The position numbers were made by a program, and so were the translations under genes. The notes beneath the pieces are model-generated. The model made no database searches, was not told the origin of the DNA, and was given only the letters and a program-made list of their open reading frames with translations. 64,000 nucleotides of DNA. It comes from Paragordius varius (taxonomy: Eukaryota > Animalia > Nematomorpha). Shown here piece by piece: positions 25,474-37,886 of the stretch. Every line of letters begins with the position of its first letter. The first letter of the stretch is position 1. The stretch is from contig OZ176051.1 of NCBI GenBank assembly GCA_964247055.1, positions 3,224,001 through 3,288,000 of the forward strand. The letters run 5' to 3'.

Positions 25474-28400
25474 CAGTGGTGAAACTACGGGGTGCTAGGG
25501 GGAGCAGTTTGAGGGGGGAAGTGGGGGCACCTTTTTTATTTACAGATATGCAATGTTTACCTCATTGTAAGTATACTGGCAAAGAATAAAGAGAATTAAT
25601 ATTGATTGAAAGGAAGAAAAAGCGAAAATAAACATTTTTTTCGCTATCTCAATAAGCGGTTTTATTATAAGTTAAAAATTAATAAACACCTATAAATCTC
25701 TCCAGTTAACACCTGAAAAAAGTGAAAATAGTTAAAAATAAATATATGAGTATAGAGTTAACACCAAAAATTAAGTAGAGCTCATAAATTTTTAAGTCAT
25801 AAATTATTTTGTTATTAAAAATTATGGTAATATAGTATGAGAATCACAAAATTTTGACAGATGTAATTTTTTTGCTTCTGTTAAATTAAAATAATTATAA
25901 AAATCTCATTTGAAATAATATATTCATATAGCGTAGACATAATTTGTTTTTTAATGTTGTGTGAAAGACAATTTACATATTTTAATTTTTATGAGGAAAT
26001 GGGTTCATGTAAATTTTAATATTATTGAGTTAGAAGCATTCATAAAATATTCTCTAACAAGTAATCTCAATTTATTTATTTTGATTATATAATATGCAAT
26101 TTAATGAACGCCAACTCACATTAATGTTGGTCAATTCATATTACAGCAAAGTATGCGAAATAGCAATAATTTTGGAAAAAATGTTTTTCAATGCATAAAT
26201 TGTGAATGAAATTCATCAAATTTTACAGGATGATTGTTATTTCACATACTTTACCGGAAAGTGGATTGGCCATCATGTTAGCTGGTATACATTAATATGC
26301 ATATTTTTCTAATGTTAGCCTTTTATGTATGTTACTTTTAAATTTATTTTTGATTCTAAAACATAAAATTTTTGATAAACTTTCACCACACACTAAAACA
26401 GGGGTCGGAATTTTTCAGCAGGACATTCTCAAAATTTAATTGGCGGTCCACACATTCATATTCCATTTAATTAGTACATTTATCATATTTATCAAACCTT
26501 CGAACCGGAATCTAGTTCCTGTTTTAGGACCAATTCCGGTTCCATTTTTAAATTAGAGCCCGGTTCTAGTTACACTTTTTTGGCGGTTCAAAACCTTATT
26601 ATAATTTCAAATAGCCATATTACCATAAAAATATTTTATTATTCTGACTGAACAGCTGTCAAATTTTTATTTATCCAAATTCCCAAAATATAACTTTTAG
26701 CAATTTATATTTAAGAATTCCCGCTGCTATTCCTAGGTAGGCCCGTTTTCCGTGCATATGTTGACAATGTGTTTATAAGAAAAACGAATATGTGAGCATG
26801 CAGACGAGCAAAATAGAGAGAGCTGTCCCATTCATGAATTATAAGTCTTCATAGTAAAATAGGTTTAAATTATGCCCATGTTAGTGACAGCACCTCATGG
26901 TTTATCTTTGATCATTTTGAAAATATTATGGTCTCTACTCTGGACGCCGCACATAAGTTAAGGTCCCACTTCTGAACTAAAAGATTTGGAGCTTCGCATC
27001 ATGTTTTCACAATAATCGCATAGTTGTAAAAAAATTTATTACAAAATATTTGATTCTAAATGATTTTTTTATTTCTTAGTGCCAAACTTAAACGGAGCGC
27101 AAAAAGCGTTTTAAAAATGAAAAAGATGACAGATTTTATTTAGTTCATTTCGACAAATGTGTCCATTGATGCTAGCTCACCCGAGAAACAAAAAATAGTT
27201 ATGCTCAGAAATGGTGGATATAATTTAGATAGTTCGATTCATACTATAACCTAGCCCTCATGCTAGCTCTAGCTCAAATGAGAAAACGGTAGTGATTAGC
27301 GAGCAACAAAAGTGTTGATGATTTGGATAGTTTGAGTCATACTAATGTGAAACGTAGTTTAAGCCGTTTGATTTCAGAGAATTCCGATATGGGTAATATA
27401 TAAATCATAAGTTATCAAATGAATTCTGATTTTAGTTCACATCGCCCCCTGGTCCTTTTCAAAGAGATCCTTTCCAAAAAAATCGTTCCTTTTCAGAAAC
27501 CTATTATAAAAAGAACACTAAATCTAAGCTTGTAAAAAGATCATGGATATGTTAGAGTATAATTCTCGATGCAGTCTATTGTGAACCGTGCTGGCTGTTC
27601 TCTATTGACAGTAAGGACATTTGGAAAAAGGGTGTGAGGAATTGGAAAGCGCTATCCAAAAAATTTATATGCATAAAGGAAATCACATGGACTGCTCTAT
27701 TTATGATAAATGGAAAGATGGTAAAACGATTGTGCGGGATTTAAAAAACTACTTAAATAACGAAACAAATTTTTGGGTTAGTGTATTAGAGAGATTAGTT
27801 AACATAACATTATCTTTGTCAAAAAATTCTGTCTTTCCGTAGTCATCATGAAACTTTTAATAATATCTATAATGTTAATTTGATTTAGGTTCAACTTTTA
27901 GCATAATATGATGGCATAATGAAGCAAGCTATGGATAAATAACATTAAATATTTGAGCCCATTAATACAGGAGCAAATTATAGACTGCATTACAACGCGT
28001 TTGAGAGAAGTAATTATTTCTGAAATAAAAGAGGCGGCTTTTTACACTCTCATTTTAGACACTACCCAGGATATAGAAAAAATATTAATTAAGTCAAATA
28101 TTTCGATGTTAAAATTAATAATAAAAATGGTATGGCAAAAAAATGAAATTAAGGAAGTGTTTTTAGGATTTAGAAAAATCGATAAACATTTAGCATATGA
28201 GTTATATAGTATGATAAAACAATATTCAAAAAACTATAATTTATCATTAGATAGGTGTAGAGGACAAGGTTATGATGGAGCCAGTGTTATGAGCGGAACT
28301 TACAATGGAGTATCTCTTTTGAGAAAGGATCAGCCCCAGGCAGTATATCATTGGCCGCCTATAATCTAAATTTAATTATAATTGACTTGTAGAGAAGAAT

Positions 28401-29721
28401 CCGATTTTTTTGCAATTCTGGAGGTAATATATACATTTTTTGGCCACAGTATATAAAGATTGGACCTTTTGAAAAGGTCTACTCGGGAATCTGAAATAAG
28501 TTTAAAAAATTCAATCTCTATCAATAAAATATCGTTATTTTGATTATAACATTAACGAGCACTAAGAAAAATGAGCGGGAAAAAGCTTCTATGTTACTTA
28601 AAAAAGGTATTGAATTTATATTTATTTGCATAATTTTATATCATTAGTAATAAAGTCTCTACAACTTTACTATCAAATGATATAGATCTTATAAAAGCAA
28701 AAACAAAGCTCGAAAATTTAAATATAAACTTATTAAAATATAGAAGTGACTATATAACCGCAAAAAAGATGCCATGGAAATGGCAATAAAATGGAGATTG
28801 AACCTGTTTTAGTGATAGGTGACATAAAATTATTAAAAGACATATTGAGGAACTTGCTGATGACCATAGATTTCCTAATTTAAATGATAAGTTTAGAGTG
28901 AATGTTTTCAATAAAATTTTAGATATTGTAATTTTTCTAACAGATTCGGTTATAGCGTAGCGGATACGTTTTCATTTCTGCTTCCATCAAAGTTAACTAA
29001 AATGAGTGAATAGAAATTATCAATTCAGCTAAAAAATTAACTAATAATTATCCAAACGTTTTGAGTGAATATTTTCCGATTCAAATGGTATCAGTTTCTA
29101 ATTCGCTTAAGGATAAGACTCAAATTAACAATGCCAGGCAATTTGCAGAGCTATTAATTATTAAGTAATCTACAGTTTCAGCCAGTTGTGATGAAGTTAT
29201 AACAGCATTTTATTGTTTTTGACTTTAACAGTTACGGTTGCTACAACGGAACGTTCATTCTCAAAGTTAAAAATAATTAATTATATAAGAAGCACGATTG
29301 TTGAAAAAAGGATGAGCAATTTATCGTTACTAGCAATTGAAGCGGAGATGGCGGATCAAATGGATAAAAAAGATATAATTGGAAAATATCCTCACGCAAA
29401 ATCGAGAAAACGAAATTTTAAAACATGATTAATAAGTGCTCTTAATAAGTTATATTATTTTAAACTTGGAAGTTCAGATTAAGGAATTGTCGGTGGTTAG
29501 GGTGGGCGGTCGGGTATTAACCATATATATTACCAGGAACGCAAAACTTTTAGACTCAGGATGTCAAGTCATGTAAATATTATCATTTTTAAATATGATA
29601 TTTCTTTACGAATCTAAGTGATGCGCCAGATGAAAAAATAACTGCAAACGATTTTTTTGGGGGAAAGGGGGGGGCAGTATTTAAATATTGCGGGGGACCA
29701 CAATTTATAGTTCCGCTACTG
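25474..29721 (+). mobile_element. hAT element (4248 bp) with ZMYM1/THAP12-like transposase pseudogene (about 27400-29428)
   Basis: Imperfect TIR CAGTGGTGAAACTA / TAGTTCCGCTACTG; TSD GTGGATAA/GTTGATAA (7/8); motifs ILDTTQDI, CRGQGYDGASVMSG, TVATTERSFSKLK, RMSNLSLLAIE. Confidence 0.9.
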
Positions 29722-30798
29722 GTTGATAATTATTTTTAATCAAAATATTTTTCAATTTTTTTATAAACTCCCGGGTAGAAAATTACTTCAAAATGTTATA
29801 GCGCACAAAAAGTGTGTGGAACTATTACATGTATCTTTCCTTCTACTGCAATATAAAATTATGATTTACGTATGACTGGATTTGCAGGTAATAGAAAATC
29901 GAATTGCAAGTGTGATGTATGGAACACTTGATAAATACAATTAAAATTATTTTGGTAGCTAATTATGTATGTAGTTTAGGTTCTATAGGTAATTGAGACC
30001 TTTGTTAATGTTTGGCTAATTAACCTTATTGAAATTTTGTGGTATAGAAGAACATGCTTTTGGAACTTTGCTAAATGTATTTAACAACGCCATCTAAAAG
30101 ATCCTAAATTTATCAGTACCGTGAACCCTCAAAAATTAAATACGCAAAAACAGGTATTTGAATGATTTTTAAAAGACTAATCCCACAAAAATCTAAGAAT
30201 TATTATTTGGTATTAATAGTGTATTTATACATTTAAGTTTAATATCTTATACAGAAACCGTACAAATTAGGAAATTTGATCACTAATTTGTTCAAAAACA
30301 AAGAAGCGATAAAATTTTTAAATTTCTTTGCTAATTTAAATACTATAGTAACACAAACCCTACCAAGAAAATAAAATACGTGGCTTTAAATTATTTGACA
30401 CAAGTTAATAATATTTCAATATCTATATTAACGATTAATCCCAAATAATTTTTAATTATAAATACTTTTTCTATATTATGCTTAATTTGTATTTTTAGTT
30501 AGCTTTTTGGAGGATTACCAAATAATGTATTTCGAATAAATTAATTGATCACAATAGGATAGTTAAAATTCTAAATCGGTACATTTAAATTTATTATAAT
30601 TTTTTTTCTAACTTGGTTAACAATGAAGTATCTCAAGTATTATAAGGCTATATTTCTATCTAATTAAATATAAAAAGTGGTTTTTCTGATTAACATAGTT
30701 GATTGGACGAAATATCTGAATCTATGAAATTAATTATACACACTTAGTTGCGGTACATTTAAAGATATTGCAATGAAATTATCAGTTTCTAAAAACGA

Positions 30799-31042
30799 TA
30801 TTGGGTGGAAGTCGCACTTGACTTGCAAAAGCATGGCAATTTGAGGCAAGTACATTTAAGCCTGCAAGTGTAACTTAAAAATCGGTGGCCGAGTTAAGTC
30901 TTTTGCTTATGAATGTATTATTTTTTGCTACATATTCGAATTTAAGTTATTATAAACATTTACAACCAAAATTTATGAATAAGGCACAGATAAACAACCA
31001 ATACAATATGCATTTATTAACTCATTGGCACGCATGTTAAAA
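30799..31042 (+). mobile_element. Family A left-terminal fragment
   Basis: GGGTGGAAGTCGCACTTGACTTG... colinear with 13351-13610. Confidence 0.65.
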
Positions 31043-31149
31043 TTATAAATAACTTAGTTCTTTCCTTAAGAGTGTTTTTATTTTTCGTTTTTCCCTCAGT
31101 ATTATAAATTCCCGGATTGCATCTAAAATAAATTTACAATAAAATATCT

Positions 31150-31280
31150 TCCTCGTAAAACCCAAGAGTAATCTTCGCTCATGTTCTTCATGAGGCGTTG
31201 CATCAGGATGAAAAGCATTTTGCACGAATCAAATGGCATCGATTGCTGTTTTAAATAATTTCGCCAATTTTGTTATAATA
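31150..31280 (-). pseudogene. Short Helitron Rep fragment
   Basis: KLFKTAIDAI*...FHPDATPHEEHERR resembles KSFKTAID...IHAD.VPHGEHERRF at about 43890-43980. Confidence 0.6.
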
Positions 31281-31985
31281 GATTATGTAAATGTAATAAA
31301 TTATAGTTTTATTGGTAAAAATATGGCATCGCATCAAGTTAAACAATATTTAAACCAATAAATTTGTAAAAATAATTTATGGGGTCTTTGAACTTGAAGC
31401 AAAGATTAGCTCTTTTGGTAAATTAGGCATTTAGCATTAAAGATTATATCATAAGTTTAAATGATTTTAGTTTCAAACGATGTCATCTTTAAAAATGGAT
31501 TTATCTTTTATTTTTAAAAGTCAATAATCAGAAATAACTCTGTCTAACAAATTATCCAACATTAACGATAAATTTTGTAATTAATATATTTAACATGAAA
31601 CATTACACATTTTTAAGCCTCATTTTTTATTAATATCGCATCACAGTAGCAAATTATACTTTTTGCAATGGTATGAACATATTTGATCAAACTAAGTCGT
31701 GTTCTAGCACAAGGCTAAATAATTGTCCAGGTATTATTTGCATGAATGATAGGTAAAGACAGGAGTGACCCCTGTGGGCTGCCTATTTAAACCTTTACTG
31801 CGGTCCACAAAATCATCAAAAAAATTAACAAATTCAAATCTTGAGCTGATATTGTTTGATATAATTATTTTTGCTATATTTGTAAATTTTCCGAAAATTC
31901 ATATGTCTCTTAACTCTTATTTTTTCATTTTAAGAACAAAATTTATTTCAAATAATATTATTTGAACAAAGACATTATTCTATTA

Positions 31986-33122
31986 CACTGCTCAACAAGG
32001 TTTTGCACCACCCCATTATTTTTGCATTTTCTGATACCTATTGGCATGGAAAAGCCAAAACAAAAAAGAAAATTAAGGCCACCAATAGGATTTTTCCGAA
32101 ATTTAATTTTTAAATTTGTATTTAATTTAAATATAACAATCATTCCTCGTGTACATATGTTTAAATATTCAAACGAACAAGTCGCTACAAGTAATATTCC
32201 ATGCATGAATAACAAAATTCTAGGCATTAAATAAGATACTAAACAAGCTAAGAGCCAAAGTATTAAAATCTAAAAGGGGCTTATGTATAGTGTGATAGAT
32301 CCGGGCGGCTGCACAAGCTCTGCATATCCCCCAAGCGATCTAATTATGCCAGATATGGCAAAGATAACAATAAGTAATCGTAAAGCCCGATAAGAGATAC
32401 TTGCAAACAAAATCCAGGCAAATTGACATGTCAAATTAACCAATTCACAGAATAAAGTTAGATAAATTCTACAATTAAATTGAAAAAAATGATTAAGTAA
32501 ATACAATTGGTCCAATCCAATAATAGTAAATTCTACTAAAAGTGGCTACACAACATCCATCTGAAATTAAAAATACAAAACAACCAACAATTTTAAAAAA
32601 TAAAGTATATCCACTAGGTATAAATAAAGGATGTTTTGTAAGAACCAACTCAAGAACAAAGCCTAATAAGTACTCGAAAGAACGAAAACTAACAAAAAAA
32701 ATATAGTCTATCTGAAAGCCGAAGGTTTAAACCATAGAATGCCTTTTTTAGTATTTTTTTAAAATTTTTTTATACGTATTAAAAATTCACTTGAAAGAAA
32801 AAGACTAAATTTTGACGTTTAAGTCCGTACTATTTTTTTCTCTCTGATATTTAAATGACTATTTATATTCAAAAGATAGAGTTTAAAACGCTTTATTAAA
32901 TGATATTAAGTTTATAATATAATAACATTTTATTATAAAGTTATATTTGATTTTCTCTCGATTTTCTCTTGTTTTTGAAAAATTGAAAAACCTATAGTAT
33001 TTCAAAATTCTGATTGGCGGGATCAAAAATTTTTTCACATTCGGTTTTAAAACACTGAAATTAGTCATAATTTAAAAGTTTGAGTGGTGGTGCTCAAAAA
33101 TGTCCAAATTTGTCGACTAGTG
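31986..33122 (+). mobile_element. Tc1/mariner-like non-autonomous element, copy 1
   Basis: TA|CACTGCTCAACAAG... and ...TTTGTCGACTAGTG ends; an inverted homolog lies at 35486-36933. Confidence 0.65.
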
Positions 33123-33299
33123 TTATATATTCAGGTTGTCAGAGCAATCGTTTCAAATTAGCCCCTGTAATTACCTCCTCTTTAAAACGACGTTTTAAGC
33201 AATCAAAAAAAATTGAATTTTTGGTATATATAAAAGCATATTAATTCGTTATCAACCTTTTTTGTATTTGCGTATTTATCTTTAAAATACGCCACCGAA

Positions 33300-33688
33300 A
33301 ATAGATATCGTGTTAAACACATTTCTGGGGAATTTGTATAATATCATTCTTTCCTTTTAAGGGACCACAAAAGATTTAGTATTTATATCCCTAGATCCCA
33401 TCTGTGTGAACACAATTTTAAATAAAATTTTAACCATGATTTCGTAAAACGAAAATCTTAAAATAAATAATATGATAGTTGAATATTAACTTTAATAAGG
33501 GACAGTTTAAATGTGGCCAATTTTGAGTAAACAATATTAATATGCAAAAACCTGTAAAAGAATAATTATAGACATTCTTTTAAATATGTTTTTTATTATT
33601 TTTTTATCTCCATTACCTCTATTTATTGCAAATCAATAGAAATAATTATCGGTGAGACTATGTCATAGCGAAGCGTGAGGCCTGCTAG
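33300..33688 (+). mobile_element. Helitron 3' fragment H2
   Basis: Homologous to 22164-22534; ends GCGAAGCGTGAGGCCTG-CTAG|T. Confidence 0.7.
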
Positions 33689-34652
33689 TATCCTAATAAA
33701 AATTATATAAATAAGCCAAAATATCTATAAATTTAGTTTTGAAAAAAATTCCATACTACTTGGACGACATTCTTGTTTGACACTTTTGCAAATCGTGTTT
33801 TTTATTCTAACGCTAAAATAAGCTAATTTTTTACTTAAATGATATTGATATAACCCGAAAAATTGGTGTATTTTAAATATTTTTATATTTAGCTAAAGCA
33901 CACATACGTTAACTAAGCTTTTATTTTAAGGTATTTAAATGAATCATTTTTTATAATTCAATGCATGAATGCAATATAAGTGCAAACTTTTGCAATGGTT
34001 TCAATTTCTTTTATATTTTTAAAAATATTTGAAACAGGCCTAGGGTCCTCAAAAACCCTAATTTGAAGCAGACAACGGAAACTAATGTGTTGCATCCAAA
34101 TTTTAAATCACTCGTAACAAGATATTTTTTATCCAACCCGGATTTTCGACGCTGTGTTATGCGAATGCTTCAATACAATTTTTTTTAAAGATATAAAATT
34201 GTATGTCCTTATCTAAAACATTTTACCGCCATTTTTTTAAAATTGATAATAAAACAGGCAAATATATATTATGGTTATAAATGCAAATAATTAATCTTAT
34301 ATAGCTGAGAAGTGCAAACACTTGATATATATTAATATTAAAATCACCTGTTTATCTCTATCGTGTTTGTTTAGGAGCTGTCCTAATTAAGAATTTAAAA
34401 TAAAAACTTTAATAAAATATTATCTAATACAGGAAATCAATGTTTGGTAATCTTTTATCTAAAACAACTGCTAAAACTGTAGTTTATATTAGGCACGATT
34501 TATAAACTTACAACAAGTCATCGTACACAAAAAGATAAAATGATATAATATATATTAATATTTTTTAAAAAGAGCATTTAACCTTTACCCAAAAATTTTT
34601 TATTAGCATAACATTGCGTCCGAAATCAGGGGGTGTAAATAATAGGCTGATG

Positions 34653-34654
<2 letters not shown>

Positions 34655-34693
<39 letters not shown>
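34655..34693. repeat. (TA)n microsatellite
   Basis: Direct inspection. Confidence 0.95.
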
Positions 34694-34696
<3 letters not shown>

Positions 34697-34875
34697 TGGC
34701 GTATGCAGTAAAAGATTGTTAGTGCAAAGTAATCTTAATGAACACAAAACAGGGGGACAATTTTCATATATTAATTATCATTCAGTCCTATTTACAAACA
34801 TATCCATAATATCCCCCTGTTTTGTGTTCATTAAGATTACTTTGCACTAACAATCTTTTACTGCATACGCCACTG
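34694..34875. mobile_element. 182-bp Tc1/mariner-type MITE
   Basis: Perfect 64-bp TIRs starting CAGTGGCGTATGCAG, TA on both sides, at the edge of a (TA)n run. Confidence 0.92.
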
Positions 34876-35485
34876 TATATATTCTGATAGGAAAATGTAT
34901 TAGGATTATCATGTTCTTTTAGCCTTTAGAAGTAATTTAAGAAAGTTATTTACACTTTTGTGGTAAGAGCGCCATATAAGAAATGGAAATTGCGCACATT
35001 TATAATTTACATATTTTTGGTGAAAGCTGGAGGCTTCATTCGAAAAAATATCACAAAAATATATCATAAACTATATATAAAAAGCAAACAATAATTTTAA
35101 AAGATTTTAATTTCTAGATATGGGCTTCGAAAGTCCCAGTTTTTTTGCTCTTATAAAATCGGCCAGTGTTCCTAAAAACGCTAAGATGCCGAAATTGCAC
35201 GATATCTAAATTTTAGTTTCAACTAAAAATAATTTTTTAAAAACGCATTTTCAATATACAGCAAAATTCGTACTTCACACTATTTTGAGGCATGATAACG
35301 GTATAAAAGCGCTTTAAGATATTGTAAAAACATTTTTTCTATATAATGATGCTAAACCCTATCACCTCGGATTTTGATTAAAATATTCGTTCGTCTTCAA
35401 GCTTATGTTAAATATAATTTGTTCTTTTTTACAAATATTCACCAATGGTCTACTTAATAAAGGTGTAAACAAAAATTATATGTTA

Positions 35486-36933
35486 CACCGGTCGACAAAT
35501 TTGGACATTTTTCCACCACTCAAAATTTTAAATTATGACTAATTTTAGTGCTTAAAATCCGAATCTGAAATTTTTTTTGATCCCCCCAATCAGAATTTTG
35601 AGATATTATACTTTATTCAATTTTTCAAAAACAAGAGAAAATCGAGAGAAAATTAAATATAACTTTATAATAAAAAGTTATTATATTGTAAAATTAATAT
35701 CATTTAATAAAGCGTTTTAAACTCTATCTTTTGAATATAAATATGTCATTTAAATATCAGGGAGAAAAATATAGTACGGATATTAACGTCAAAATTCCTT
35801 CTTTTTTTTCAAGTTAATTTTAAACACGTATAAATTTATATTAAAAAACTAAAAGAGGTATTCTATGGTTTTTCGGCTTTCAGATAGTTTTCCTTATTTC
35901 GAGTACTTATTAGGGTTTTTCTCTTCGGTTGATTCTTACAAAAAATCATCTATTTATACCTAGTGGATATTATTTATTTTTTAAAATAATTGGTTACCCT
36001 GAATTTGAATTTCAGATGGATGTTGGTACCTACTTTTTGTAAAATATACTGTTATGGGATTGGACCTTTTTTACCTAATCTCTTTATTCAATTTAATGGA
36101 AGATTTATCTAACTTTATTCTGTGAATTGGTTAATTTGACATGTCAATGGATATTGCTTGCAAGCGTCTCTTATCGCGCTCTACGAATACTTATTGTTAC
36201 CTTTGCCATATCTGGCATAATTTAAGGATCGCTTGGGGGATAAGTTACAGAGCTTGTGCAAGCCGCCCGGATCTATCACACCATACATAAGCCCTTTTAG
36301 ATTAATACTCTGGCGCTTAGCTTGTCAATAGTATCTTATTATTTAATGCCTAGAATTTGTTATTCATGCAATTAAATTTTTTGTACAAATTTTTGTGTTA
36401 ATTATCGCTTCAAATCTTTTGTGTTCATCTATTATGTGTAGCTTCATAGTCATTTTACAGCCTAAATTTTATAACATAATATACCCATCCGATGGTAACT
36501 TTCTACAAGCTCCTGGCCTAATATTTTATACTTCTTTGACTTATGTGATACTAATATTTACAGATATATTATACACCAGTTTTGAATTTTTTTAAAGCTT
36601 TTTTCAGTGTTAACATCAATATTCCGCAAGTTTTTCTTAAATATATATTTACCACAACAGATGCAAATCGGATCATTTTTGCATTTTCGTACCAAAATTA
36701 TGATGAAAATACCTGGATCTGGAATGTTACTTGCATCGACTTGCTCGTTTAAATATTTAAACATATGTACACAAGGAATGATTGTTTTTTTAAATTAAAT
36801 ACAAAATTAAAAATTAAATTTTCGAAAAATTCTATTGGTGGCCTCAAAATTTTTTTTTGTTTTGGTCTTTCCATGCTATTAGGTATCAGAAAATACAAAA
36901 AAATGGGGTGGTAAAAAACCTTGTTGAGCAGTG
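35486..36933 (-). mobile_element. Tc1/mariner-like non-autonomous element, copy 2 (inverted, with an insertion of about 340 bp)
   Basis: Reverse complement of 31986-33122 plus extra sequence at about 36375-36715. Confidence 0.65.
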
Positions 36934-37322
36934 TTATCAATAGCATAACAAAAGAGATGATTATAAATACTTATTGAAAAAGGAAAACCAATTACAACAA
37001 ATCAAAATGAAAACTTATAATTTTAAACGCTATGATAGCTATACAAGATTAATAAAATAGAGTGTATTGAAACACATTCTGATCAATTTAGTAAGCAAGC
37101 TGTTAATTCTCGTTAAAACAAATATTAAACTGGAAACAAAGTCGTTAAATACAAAGTCGTATTTAAATAAAGAAATCAACTAATATTTTATCTTTCGACA
37201 AATCTATTGTTGCCTTTTATCTTAAAAACTGTGTATATTTATTATCAAAACCTATTGATTAATACTTATGTTTTTGCGCCTCTTATTTCATAATATAGAA
37301 TGAAGAAGTGATATAGGATAAT

Positions 37323-37475
37323 TTATTTACAAAACCAATTATTCAACAAAGTGCGCGTAAAGTTGTTTTCTATTAATGGAGACAGCAAGGTAAAACATTT
37401 GAAGCAAACATATCGTTTGTTAGCATTATCTGTGCGGCTGACATATACTTCATGTCCTTCTGTTTCCAAATAATC
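37323..37475 (-). CDS. CTU2: CTU2 terminal exon 8 (DYLETEGHEV...YVCFKCFTLL...NNWFCK*)
   Basis: Phase-0 acceptor, 50-codon open frame, C-terminal CxxC like CTU2 LCYSC. Confidence 0.7.
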   Translation of the reverse strand, partial: DYLETEGHEVYVSRTDNANKRYVCFKCFTLLSPLIENNFTRTLLNNWFCK

Positions 37476-37829
37476 CTATTATATATTTTCATAAAAATAT
37501 TACATAAAAATAATGTATAATTTTATGTATAAATAAGTTAAATTATTGTTTCGGAGCATTTCGATATATCTAATAGCTGGTGTGAACAATCAATTCAAAA
37601 TAAGGATTTAGTAAAAATAGATCTACAATTATAACCATAATAGTATATAATTAATCCTTATAAAATAAACTTTTGATAAAATTATTTATAATTCGGCATT
37701 TAATATTCTAATCCGATATTTATAATAACAAAATGTCGCCGATTTTTAATCGAATACACTGTGCCACAATATATGTTTACCGCGCGCAGGGTTGATATTC
37801 GTAAAATTTGAATTTTTCTAAATAAAAAG

Positions 37830-37886
<57 letters not shown>

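Noticed and set aside
34565-34850. ORFs with YIYIYI runs (also 24683-24865 and 37700-37891)
   Set aside because: Artefacts of (TA)n microsatellites.
31958-36946. Similar short ORFs at 31958-32234 and 36558-36946
   Set aside because: The similarity just reflects the two inverted non-coding TE copies; no convincing protein motifs.
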